54,547 bases of DNA from Candidatus Cloacimonadota bacterium (GTDB taxonomy: Bacteria; Cloacimonadota; Cloacimonadia; Cloacimonadales; Cloacimonadaceae). Positions 30,317-38,729 of the stretch are shown one piece after another. The stretch covers positions 1 to 54,547 of the forward strand of contig JAKQNV010000159.1 of the NCBI GenBank assembly GCA_029565595.1. The letters run 5' to 3'. Made by a program: the position numbers and the translations under genes. Positions within the stretch are counted from its first letter, which is position 1, and each line of letters starts with the position of its first letter. The notes under the pieces were generated by a model. That model worked only from the letters and a program-made list of their open reading frames with translations, was not told the DNA's origin and searched no databases.

Positions 30317-30583
30317 TTATTTGCCGCCACCCTCACCGCTCAGGGCTTTCCATTTTGCGATCAAGTCCGCTCTCAGCATGCCAAGTTTTCTCTTTTTATC
30401 CGACCAGTCTGCATAATGGTATTGCTCGATGACGTCGATCTTGTCCCGGTTGTCAAGATGGATCGTGAAAACCATCTTGCTGAAACCGATCGAAGCCCTG
30501 TCCTCACCCTGATCGCGGATATTGGATATCCGGCTGACTTTTTCAAGTTCTATAACTTGTCCATTGGGCAGAGTGTAGAGCAT
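30317..30583 (-). CDS. Hypothetical protein (88 aa)
   Basis: GAGGTG RBS before ATG 30583, a downstream terminator and protein-like composition. Confidence 0.65.
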   Translation of the reverse strand: MLYTLPNGQVIELEKVSRISNIRDQGEDRASIGFSKMVFTIHLDNRDKIDVIEQYHYADWSDKKRKLGMLRADLIAKWKALSGEGGGK

Positions 30584-30854
30584 CTTCACCTCATAGGCTT
30601 TAAGATATAGCCATAATAATGTCGCCTGATTTCTTGGCAAGGATTTTTTTGCTTATAGTCTGAAATATTCGAAGCTGTTCTATCTGAACCGGTATTTTTG
30701 CGGTGGCTGGGGTGGATAGAAATATAGCCGCAACGCCATATTTCCGCGCATCATTTTTATTGGCAAAAAGACTTGCCGCCTTCCTCCCTGCATTCCTGAT
30801 GCGATCTTTATATCCCAATTTTCCAGTAAGATACGGACAAATCTCTGGTTCGGC

Positions 30855-30939
30855 CCTCTCGATCAATACGGGATCAATACGGGATCAATACGGGCTTCAT
30901 CCGTAATGATCCCGTATTGATCCCGTATTGATCGAGAGG
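30855..30939. repeat. 39-bp inverted repeat made of 3+3 tandem 11-bp units (GATCAATACGG)
   Basis: CCTCTC(GATCAATACGG)x3, loop GCTTCAT, then the reverse complement with one mismatch. Confidence 0.95.
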
Positions 30940-31051
30940 AAGAAGAAGGGAAAAAGCCAGGAAATTGAAATCCGGGCACTTGGAACGGAAATTTGTATTG
31001 ACTGAAACTGTCAGAGCTGAAATTAAGAAAAAAAACAGTCTTGGAGCAAAG

Positions 31052-31339
31052 ATGAAAACAAAGTGGATTATTGTGTTAGTAGCATTGGCCTGTTTGATGG
31101 TCCTGAGCGCCTGCGCGCCGGGCGTCAGCGATCGCTCGGAAAAGGATCCGGCGGGATTTTTCATGGGCATCTGGCATGGCTGGATCGCTCCCGTGACCCT
31201 GATCTGGCAGATCTTCAACCCCCAGGTTCGCATCTACGAGGTCCACAACATTGGCTGGGCCTACGATTTTGGCTTCTATATGGCGATCATAGCCGGCTTC
31301 GGAGGATTGGCCTTATCCCGGAAAAGACACCGCAAATAG
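31052..31339 (+). CDS. Small putative lipoprotein/membrane protein
   Basis: GGAG RBS, lipobox LSAC, and motif AGFFMGIWHGWIAP...IYEVHN.GW.YDFGF. Confidence 0.75.
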   Translation: MKTKWIIVLVALACLMVLSACAPGVSDRSEKDPAGFFMGIWHGWIAPVTLIWQIFNPQVRIYEVHNIGWAYDFGFYMAIIAGFGGLALSRKRHRK

Positions 31340-31368
31340 CTTTTCGGCAAAAAAACTGGGAAAAATAG

Positions 31369-32322
31369 TTGATCTCCTACGCTGCGCTGGTCCTGGCCGC
31401 CGCGATCTGGGGCCTGGCTTTCGTGGCCCAACGCAAGGGACTGGAGAGCCTTGATCCTTTCACTTTCAATGCCCTGCGTTTCGCTTTGGGAGCTGGCTGC
31501 GTCTGGCTCCTGGATCTTGCCAACAAATCGCTGTCGCGGAAAAAAAAACTCCGTTCAGATTATCAGCCTGACTTTCCTTCAGTAACCAGAAATCTCGACA
31601 GACCGTTGATCCTGGGCCTGTTGCTGTTTTCCGCGTCGTCCCTGCAACAAGTCGGAATGCTCTGGACAGGCGCCGGACAGGCCGGTTTCATCACCGGGTT
31701 GTATGTGGTGATCGTCCCTCTGATCGGACTTTGGAAAGGGCAAAAAATGACCCGGACCATGGTTTTGGCCGTTTTCCTTTCCGTGGCGGGAATGTATCTG
31801 ATGAACCACTCCCAAACTCCCAAAGCCTCCTGGGGCAACCTGCTCGTGCTCATCGGGGCGCTGTTTTGGGCTCTGCACGTGCGCATGATCGACCGCCTGG
31901 CCAAGCTGCATCCCAGTTTGAAACTCGCTTGGTCTCAATATTTGGTCTGCGCGGTCTGTTCCCTTGCCGGAGCGCTGATCTGGAGGTTTTTACGGCTGGG
32001 CGGGCCTGATATGTTTTCCGCTCTTCCGCAGCAGATCAGATCGGCAATCCTGCCCATCCTTTACGCCGGGGTCATGTCCGTCGGAGTCGCTTTCACCTTA
32101 CAACTTTTTGCGCAGAAAAGGGTGCCGCCAGTACCGGCCAGTGTCATCCTTTGTTCCGAGGGCGTTTTTGCCATGCTGGGAGGCTGGCTGCTCCTGTCTG
32201 AATCCCTCACGACTCGCGCCCTGGCTGGCGCTGTCCTGCTGCTTTGCGCCATGCTTGTCAGCGTTTTAGGAGGTAGAATGGGGATTTTTCTGATTGACAA
32301 AAAAAGGACTTCCCAAAATTAG
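31369..32322 (+). CDS. DMT/EamA family transporter
   Basis: AIWGLAFVAQ, F.FNALRF, LQQVG, AGFITGLYVV.VP, and FTLQ..AQK...ASVIL.SEGVFA; about ten TM segments. The TTG start is uncertain. Confidence 0.9.
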   Translation: MISYAALVLAAAIWGLAFVAQRKGLESLDPFTFNALRFALGAGCVWLLDLANKSLSRKKKLRSDYQPDFPSVTRNLDRPLILGLLLFSASSLQQVGMLWTGAGQAGFITGLYVVIVPLIGLWKGQKMTRTMVLAVFLSVAGMYLMNHSQTPKASWGNLLVLIGALFWALHVRMIDRLAKLHPSLKLAWSQYLVCAVCSLAGALIWRFLRLGGPDMFSALPQQIRSAILPILYAGVMSVGVAFTLQLFAQKRVPPVPASVILCSEGVFAMLGGWLLLSESLTTRALAGAVLLLCAMLVSVLGGRMGIFLIDKKRTSQN

Positions 32323-32364
32323 TGCATGAACTGATTTTTAGAGAAGTTTGGAAGGATTTAAACA

Positions 32365-32703
32365 ATGGTTATATACACGATTGCATTGGCCATCCATGTG
32401 ATTATTTGCGTGGCGCTGGTCCTGGTCATTCTGGCCCAGACCTCCAAGGGCGGCCTGGACGCCAACCTCGGCGGTGCCGCAATGAACGTTTTCGGAGGCA
32501 GCGGCGCGTCCAAATTTTTGCGCCAGTGGACCCAGATCCTGGGCATCGTTTTTATCGCGTCCTGCATTTTTCTGGCCTTCCAGGTGAAGGCTTCCAACAA
32601 ATCCAGCGCGCCTAAGATCCTGCAGGAAAAATTCGGCGAAACCGCCAAACCGGCAGCCGCGAAAAGCGCTCCCGCCAAGACAACCGACCAGGCCAAGAAA
32701 TAG
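32365..32703 (+). CDS. secG: Preprotein translocase subunit SecG
   Basis: Two TM helices flanking ILAQTSKGGL...GG....FGGSGA..FL. Followed by a tRNA-Leu. Confidence 0.92.
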   Translation: MVIYTIALAIHVIICVALVLVILAQTSKGGLDANLGGAAMNVFGGSGASKFLRQWTQILGIVFIASCIFLAFQVKASNKSSAPKILQEKFGETAKPAAAKSAPAKTTDQAKK

Positions 32704-32723
32704 GCTGAGATTGTAAAAACGAT

Positions 32724-32812
32724 GCAGAAGTGGTGGAATTTGGCAGACACGCAAGACTAAGGATCTTGTGCCTGTAACGGGTGTGCGGGTTCGAGTCCCG
32801 CCTTCTGCACCA
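32724..32812 (+). tRNA. tRNA-Leu, anticodon AAG
   Basis: Acceptor stem GCAGAAG/CTTCTGC, discriminator A and encoded CCA. Anticodon stem CAAGA/TCTTG with loop CT-AAG-GA (anticodon 32759-32761). Long variable arm; T-arm GCGGG-TTCGAGT-CCCGC. Confidence 0.93.
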
Positions 32813-32819
32813 AGAAATG

Positions 32820-32845
32820 AACTCCCCTCCGGGGGAGTTTTTTTA
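32820..32845 (+). terminator. Intrinsic terminator after secG-tRNA
   Basis: Stem AACTCCCC/GGGGAGTT followed by a T-run. Confidence 0.8.
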
Positions 32846-32909
32846 TTGACTGAATCGGACTCCCCGAAAAATGTGCCGGAAATGAAACATAATATCATGG
32901 AGGTTTGCC

Positions 32910-34097
32910 ATGTTCGGCAAAATGAAAACTGACCTGCAAAACATGTTCGAGGAACTGAAAAAGCAGGGCCTGTACAAAAACGAACGCATCATCACCACGC
33001 CCCAGGGCGCCAATATCGGCGTCAGCAGCGGGCAAAAAGTTATGAACTTCTGCGCCAATAACTACCTGGGGCTGGGCAACCACCCGGAAGTGGTCAAAGC
33101 CGCGCAGGACATTATGAACGACTGGGGCTACGGAATGGCCTCGGTGCGCTTTATTTGCGGCACGCAGCAGATCCATAAAGATCTGGAGAAAAAGATCTCC
33201 GAATTCCTGGGCACCGAGGACACCATCCTCTACGCGGCCTGTTTCGATGCCAACGGCGGGGTTTTTGAACCGATCCTGGACGAGGAAAGCGCCATTATAT
33301 CCGACGAACTCAACCACGCCTCCATCATAGACGGCGTGCGGCTCTGCAAGGCCCAGCGCTTCCGCTACAAGCACTCCAACATGCAGGAACTCGAAAACAT
33401 CCTGAAAGAAGCCAAAGATCTGAAATACCGCCTGATCTGCACCGACGGCGTGTTTTCCATGGACGGCGACATGGCCAAACTGCCGGAAATTTGCGACCTG
33501 GCCGATAAATACGACGCCCTCGTTATGGTGGACGATTCCCACGCCACCGGCTACATCGGACCCAACGGCCGCGGCACCCCCGAACAATTCGGCGTCCAAA
33601 AACGCGTCGACATCGTCACCAGTACACTTGGCAAAGCCATGGGCGGTGCCAACGGCGGTTTCACCTCCGGACGCAAGGAGATCATCGAACTTCTGCGCCA
33701 GCGCAGCCGTCCCTATCTGTTTTCCAACACCGTCGCGCCCGCCGTGGTCGGGGCCAGCATCAAGGTCATCGACATGCTCACCGGCTCGTCTGAACTGCGC
33801 CAAAAGGTCTGGGATAACGCCGTCTATTTCCGTGAGGAAATGGTTAAGGCCGGCTTTGACATCGTTCCCGGCAACACCGCGATCGTACCTGTAATGCTCT
33901 ACAACGAGCCACTGGCCATGCAAATGGCGGATCTGTTACTCGCGGAAGGAATTTACGTGATCGGTTTCGTCTATCCCGTCGTGCCCAAGGGCAAGGCCCG
34001 CATCCGGGTGCAACTCTCCGCCGCGCACAGCCGCGAAGATCTGGACAAGGCCATCGCCGCGTTCAAGAAAGTGGGAAAAGAACTTAAACTGATCTAG
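32910..34097 (+). CDS. kbl: Glycine C-acetyltransferase (2-amino-3-ketobutyrate CoA ligase)
   Basis: [57 protein letters not shown] and ARIRVQLSA. Confidence 0.95.
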   Translation: MFGKMKTDLQNMFEELKKQGLYKNERIITTPQGANIGVSSGQKVMNFCANNYLGLGNHPEVVKAAQDIMNDWGYGMASVRFICGTQQIHKDLEKKISEFLGTEDTILYAACFDANGGVFEPILDEESAIISDELNHASIIDGVRLCKAQRFRYKHSNMQELENILKEAKDLKYRLICTDGVFSMDGDMAKLPEICDLADKYDALVMVDDSHATGYIGPNGRGTPEQFGVQKRVDIVTSTLGKAMGGANGGFTSGRKEIIELLRQRSRPYLFSNTVAPAVVGASIKVIDMLTGSSELRQKVWDNAVYFREEMVKAGFDIVPGNTAIVPVMLYNEPLAMQMADLLLAEGIYVIGFVYPVVPKGKARIRVQLSAAHSREDLDKAIAAFKKVGKELKLI

Positions 34098-34106
34098 GGG
34101 GAGGAT

Positions 34107-34946
34107 GTGCCCGCGGGTCGCGTCTATCTTGTGCCAGTGCCGATCGGGAACCTTGGCGACATCACGCAGCGCGCCCTGGAAACCTTGAAATCGGTAGCCC
34201 TGATCGCAGCCGAAGACACCCGCAAGACTAGATTCCTCCTTTCCCAATACGGCATCAAGCCGCCCAGGCTGCTCAGCCTGCACAAATATAACGAAAAACA
34301 GCGCCTCGCGGAGATCCTCGCATTGCTGGACGCCGGCTCGGAAATCGCCGTTGTCACGGACGCCGGCAGTCCGGGGATCTCCGATCCCGCGCTGCTGCTT
34401 ATCCAGGCCGCCATCGCCAAATCAATTACCATTACACCTTTGCCCGGCCCAACCGCGCTGATCCCGGCCGTAACCGCCTCCGGGCTCGATTGCTCGGAGT
34501 TCCAGTTCCTGGGATTCCTCCCGCTCAAACTCAAAGAGCGCAGACTCAGGCTGGACAGAGTCCGCGACCATCCCTCTCCCTCCGTCCTCTACGAAGCGCC
34601 GCACCGCGTCAGAAGGACACTCGAGGATCTCTTTGCCCATTGCGGGAACCGGGAGATATGCCTGGCCCGCGAGATCAGCAAACTGTATGAGGAGTTCATC
34701 CGCGGCGATCTGGAAATGGTTCTGCGCGATTGGACAGTGACGGAAAAAGGTGAGTTCGTGATCGTCGTCGCGGGGCGGGAATCGGCTGTGCAAACGGATG
34801 ACGATGAGATCGGAAAGTATATTGACGAGCGCCTGAGCGAAGCGGCCAGCCTGAAATCCCTGGCTCTGGAAGTTGCAGAGCGTTTCTCCGTCAGCCGCAA
34901 CCATGCCTACCAGTTGGTCCTGTCCCACCGGAACAAGGAAGAATGA
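34107..34946 (+). CDS. rsmI: 16S rRNA (cytidine1402-2'-O)-methyltransferase
   Basis: PIGNLGDIT.RA, AEDTR, DAGSPGISDP, YEAPHR, REISKLYEE and KGEFV. Confidence 0.93.
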   Translation: MPAGRVYLVPVPIGNLGDITQRALETLKSVALIAAEDTRKTRFLLSQYGIKPPRLLSLHKYNEKQRLAEILALLDAGSEIAVVTDAGSPGISDPALLLIQAAIAKSITITPLPGPTALIPAVTASGLDCSEFQFLGFLPLKLKERRLRLDRVRDHPSPSVLYEAPHRVRRTLEDLFAHCGNREICLAREISKLYEEFIRGDLEMVLRDWTVTEKGEFVIVVAGRESAVQTDDDEIGKYIDERLSEAASLKSLALEVAERFSVSRNHAYQLVLSHRNKEE

Positions 34947-35590
34947 AGCCCTGGCTGATCTTTGACTTCGACGGCACGGTCGCCAATTCCATAGAAAAGA
35001 TCAGGGACCTGATCAACGAACTGGCCCCCCGCTACGGTTTCGCGCAGATCTCTCCGGAGAAATTCGCTGCCATGCGCGACCTTCCCCTCACCCGGGCGGT
35101 CCGCGTCACCCATCTGCCTTTTTACAAACTGGGTTCTGCGATCGCCGTGATTCTCAGCGAATACCGCAAAATAATCCCCGACCTGGAGCCCTGCGCCGGG
35201 ATCGTGCCGGTCCTGAACGAAATAAATGGGATGGGCGTCTCGCTGGCGCTGATGAGCTCCAACCGCACGGACAACCTGGAAGCCTGGCTTAAACACAACA
35301 ACATCGGATGTTTCGACTGGGTGGAAGGCACCGGCGGGATCCTGAAAAAGCACGACAACATCCTGAGCCAGATCCGAAAACACAGGATGGACGCGGATAA
35401 CGTGCTCTACGTGGGGGACGAAGCGCGGGACATCAAAGCCGCCCGCAAAAGCAAGGTCCGGATCGTCAGCGTAGCCTGGGGCCTGCATTCCGCGGGACAT
35501 CTGCAAAGTCTCAAACCTGATTTCCTGGTGCATGAGCCGCATGAACTTGTTGCCATCGCCAGGGACCTAATGGTGAGCCCAAATACCTGA
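34943..35590 (+). CDS. HAD family hydrolase (phosphatase)
   Basis: Motif I FDFDGT, SSN, YVGDEARDI and VAWG. ATGA overlap with rsmI. Confidence 0.88.
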   Translation: MKPWLIFDFDGTVANSIEKIRDLINELAPRYGFAQISPEKFAAMRDLPLTRAVRVTHLPFYKLGSAIAVILSEYRKIIPDLEPCAGIVPVLNEINGMGVSLALMSSNRTDNLEAWLKHNNIGCFDWVEGTGGILKKHDNILSQIRKHRMDADNVLYVGDEARDIKAARKSKVRIVSVAWGLHSAGHLQSLKPDFLVHEPHELVAIARDLMVSPNT

Positions 35591-35684
35591 ATCCGGTCCT
35601 GACAGGATAAAATAGCGTGCCTTCGGCTTTGAAATTGCTTATTTTGTATTTGATGATTTGTATCCACAAACATGAGGAGATAAC

Positions 35685-37580
35685 ATGAAGAAGTCCTTGT
35701 TAGTTCTAATCGCGCTGCTGGGTTTGCTGGCGGCTCTGAACGCCGTCCCGCGCAACCTGGTTGTCGTGGAAGTCGGCACCGGCACGTGGTGCCAATTCTG
35801 TCCCGGAGCGGCCATGGGCTGCCACGACCTGCTGCAGAATGGGCAACCGGTTGCCATTATCAAAAACCACAATGGCGACACTTATGCCAACACCTATTCC
35901 AACGCACGCAACAGCTTCTACGGCATCACAGGCTATCCCACCGCCTTTTTTGACGGATTGAACCCCACCGTCGGCGGCAGCAACACCACATCCATGTATT
36001 CAAATTACCTGCCGAAGGTAACCTCCCGCATAGCCGTGCCCTCGCATTACAGCCTCAGCGCGGTGGGCTCGCAAAACGGAAACCAGTACACCGCGGCGGT
36101 CACCGTTTCCAAACCCGAGGCCGATACCAATACCAACGTCAAACTGCACGCCGTGCTCACCGAATCAGGCATTGCCCAAGTGTGGTTCAACCAGACCACC
36201 GTGGAAAACGTCAACCGCCTGATGACGCCGGACCAGAACGGCACCCTGATCAATCTGAACACCGGCGAGACCACCACTGTCAATTTGAATTTCACCCCCA
36301 ACGCCGGTTGGAACATCGCTAACTGCGAAGTAGTGTTCTTCCTGCAAAACATGACCTCCAAAGAGATCCTGCAGGGCGTCAAATACTCCCTGGCAGCCTT
36401 GGTCGGCGCTTATCCCATCTCGCACCAGAGCTTTGATTTCCCGGATGTCTTCGTCAGCGGCAGCAACACCATCCCGATGACCATCACCAACTTTGCCGCC
36501 ACCACCGCCACCGGCACCATCGCCATCGACAATCCCGTCTTCACCTGCAGCGCCTATAGCTTCAGCATTCCTGCCACGCAGTCCATCACCCTGGATGTGA
36601 CTTTCACACCCACCGCGGCGCAGGATTACACGGGAACGATGACCATCGTCAGCAACCTTTACAACCATCCCAACATTGAAATTCCCATGACCGGCACCGG
36701 ATTCAACAACGCCCCTCCGGTCGCGAACGATGTGGTGATCACCGGACCGCCGATATTGTATCAGCCGCAGACGGGGACCTATGTATTTTCCGATCCTGAC
36801 GGCAATGTCGAGGGCACCTCGCTCTTCCAATGGTACCGGATCGTGAACAACACTCCTGTGGCCATCACCGGAGCCACGCAGACCGTTTACAACGCCGTGG
36901 AAGCGGATCTGGGTCTGCGCCTGGCCTTTGCCGTCACGCCCGTGGACCAACACGGTATGGCCGGAACGCAGGTCATGAGCGCTTACACCGATCCGATCGA
37001 AGTCCTGCCGGCTCCGCAGAATCTGGCCGGCGTGCTCAATCCGCCCAACACCGTGGTCTTGACCTGGGAAAGGCCCAATCACTACAACGGACGCGGCCTG
37101 ATGGGTTACCGCCTCTACCGCAACGGACTGACGATCTCCACCATCACCAATCCCAACACGCTCACCTTCACGGATGCCGGTGTACCGAACGGAACCTATG
37201 AATACTGGATCTGCTCGATGTTCAACGATCCCTACATGCTCTCCGATCCGTCCAACATCGTCACCATCACGATCGGCACCTCCAATGACGACGAAATCGC
37301 CTCCGCCCAGGTGAAAGTCAGCGCTTCGCCCAATCCGTTCAGCACCAGCGCGGCTTTCAGCATCCAAAGCAAGGCCGGCGCCGCAGTCAAACTCTCAATC
37401 TACAACCTTAAAGGCCAGTTGGTCAAGAGCTACGTTACCACGGCCGACGGCAGCGGCAACGCCTCCCTGATCTGGGACGGCACCGACGCCAACGGACTCA
37501 AGGTTGACAGCGGCATCTACCATTACCGGATGAACAGCGCCAATCTCACCCGCAACGGCAAAATAATCATGATGAAATAA
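35685..37580 (+). CDS. Omp28-related secreted protein (thioredoxin-like CxxC, Omp28 domain, Ig/FN3 domains, FlgD-Ig/T9SS-like C-terminal domain)
   Basis: Signal peptide, EVGTGTWCQFCP, GYPT.FFDG, LHAVLTES, and C-terminal PNPF...LSIYNLKGQLVK...WDGTD..G..V.SGIY.YR...K. Confidence 0.82.
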   Translation: MKKSLLVLIALLGLLAALNAVPRNLVVVEVGTGTWCQFCPGAAMGCHDLLQNGQPVAIIKNHNGDTYANTYSNARNSFYGITGYPTAFFDGLNPTVGGSNTTSMYSNYLPKVTSRIAVPSHYSLSAVGSQNGNQYTAAVTVSKPEADTNTNVKLHAVLTESGIAQVWFNQTTVENVNRLMTPDQNGTLINLNTGETTTVNLNFTPNAGWNIANCEVVFFLQNMTSKEILQGVKYSLAALVGAYPISHQSFDFPDVFVSGSNTIPMTITNFAATTATGTIAIDNPVFTCSAYSFSIPATQSITLDVTFTPTAAQDYTGTMTIVSNLYNHPNIEIPMTGTGFNNAPPVANDVVITGPPILYQPQTGTYVFSDPDGNVEGTSLFQWYRIVNNTPVAITGATQTVYNAVEADLGLRLAFAVTPVDQHGMAGTQVMSAYTDPIEVLPAPQNLAGVLNPPNTVVLTWERPNHYNGRGLMGYRLYRNGLTISTITNPNTLTFTDAGVPNGTYEYWICSMFNDPYMLSDPSNIVTITIGTSNDDEIASAQVKVSASPNPFSTSAAFSIQSKAGAAVKLSIYNLKGQLVKSYVTTADGSGNASLIWDGTDANGLKVDSGIYHYRMNSANLTRNGKIIMMK

Positions 37581-37629
37581 AGCCTTCTCAAGGGATGGCA
37601 GACGCCTCCCAAAAAGGCAAATACGATAG

Positions 37630-37656
37630 GCCCCGGACTTGTATCCGGGGCTTTTT
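37630..37656 (+). terminator. Intrinsic terminator
   Basis: Stem GCCCCGGA/TCCGGGGC followed by TTTTT. Confidence 0.75.
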
Positions 37657-37675
37657 GTATGTGTATTTATCCCAA

Positions 37676-37827
37676 TGGTTTAGTGGCTGGTCCCGCCCTG
37701 AAAGCTCTTATCAAAACAACTATTACAGATCCCGCCGACTTCCCGCCAAACATACGCGAACTCGATTGGAAGCTGGCAGGAAGTTGGGATGATGGATCTC
37801 AGGGCGGACTGAGACGCCACAACACCA
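37676..37827. other. Imperfect ~150-nt nested inverted-repeat (rod-like) intergenic element
   Basis: TGGTTTAGTGGC/GCCACAACACCA, CCGCCCTGA/TCAGGGCGG, AGATCC/GGATCT and CCGACTTCC/GGAAGTTGG are nested in order. Confidence 0.45.
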
Positions 37828-37899
37828 GCGTTCAGGGAGTTGATACTAATATCGGAATTTGCCCTTGACAAAGCTACTGGGGAAATGCCCGCTTGCCAG

Positions 37900-38568
37900 G
37901 TGAACAAAAAAAACAGAACACAACCGGATCTGCTGGGGATATACCAGCTCCTGCTGGGCTTCTACGGACACCGGAACTGGTGGCCGGGCGAAACGCAGGA
38001 CGAGATCGCCATCGGCGCCATCCTCACTCAGAGCGTGGCCTGGAAAAACGTGGAGACCGCCCTGGCGCGCTTGCGGGATCAGGGGATCCTCACCCTCAGA
38101 GACATCGCTGCGGCTCCTGCTGAGCACATCGCGCCGCTCATCCGCTCCACCCTCTACTACAACCAAAAAACTCAAAAACTCAAGGCTTTTGCCCGCTGGT
38201 TCGGAACCACATACGATTTTGACTGGCGACGGATGTTCTCCACCCCTGTCCCGGAACTCCGGCACCAACTCCTCTCCCTAAAGGGCTTGGGGCCGGAAAC
38301 AGCCGATTCCATCCTGCTTTACGCCGGCAGATTGCCCGTGTTCGTGATCGATGCCTACACCAGAAGGCTCTTTAAGCGACTGGATCTCACTCCCGCCAAA
38401 GACAGCTACCCGGACTGGCAGCAATACTTCAGCGCGAGGCTGCCTGTGGATCCCGGCCTCTACAACGATTTCCACGCGCAGATCGTCCATCACTGCAAAA
38501 TCCTGTGCCAACCGGTCCCGAAATGCGCCGATTGCCCCCTGGGACACCTTTGCCCCGGAAAAACTTGA
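37900..38568 (+). CDS. Endonuclease III-like HhH-GPD family protein with C-terminal [4Fe-4S] motif
   Basis: WWP, GAILTQ..W.NVE, YNQK, LKGLGPETADSILLYA, FVIDAYTRR, HA.IV and C..PKC..CPL...C. The start is uncertain (GTG 37900 chosen). Confidence 0.85.
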   Translation: MNKKNRTQPDLLGIYQLLLGFYGHRNWWPGETQDEIAIGAILTQSVAWKNVETALARLRDQGILTLRDIAAAPAEHIAPLIRSTLYYNQKTQKLKAFARWFGTTYDFDWRRMFSTPVPELRHQLLSLKGLGPETADSILLYAGRLPVFVIDAYTRRLFKRLDLTPAKDSYPDWQQYFSARLPVDPGLYNDFHAQIVHHCKILCQPVPKCADCPLGHLCPGKT

Positions 38569-38729
38569 CAAAAACCGGAGTCTGCGGGTTATAGTAAATT
38601 TGGTTTGTGAAGCGGGGCAACGCTACCGATGGCAGGCTTGAAACTCAGGTTTTATCCGCAACAGGACTGCCCTGGGGTCTGGCGCCACACGCTTCAATCC
38701 GATATCTGATATGGCACGGGAGGTTTTTT

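Noticed and set aside
30855-30939. CRISPR array
   Set aside because: The units are contiguous 11-mers without spacers and are inverted, and no cas genes are present.
31063-31371. Amber read-through (pyrrolysine) joining ORF 31063-31368 to the EamA gene
   Set aside because: The upstream ORF is an alternate frame of the real lipoprotein gene, and the EamA domain is complete from the TTG.
32757-32763. Reading the tRNA anticodon as TAA
   Set aside because: The 5-bp stem CAAGA/TCTTG fixes a 7-nt loop CTAAGGA with U33, which makes the anticodon AAG.
38607-38729. Upstream start extensions in the ORF track (also 973, 9475, 12297, 16448, 23582, 27733, 41453, 48422)
   Set aside because: Downstream ATGs have a better RBS, coupling overlaps or family-typical N-termini.
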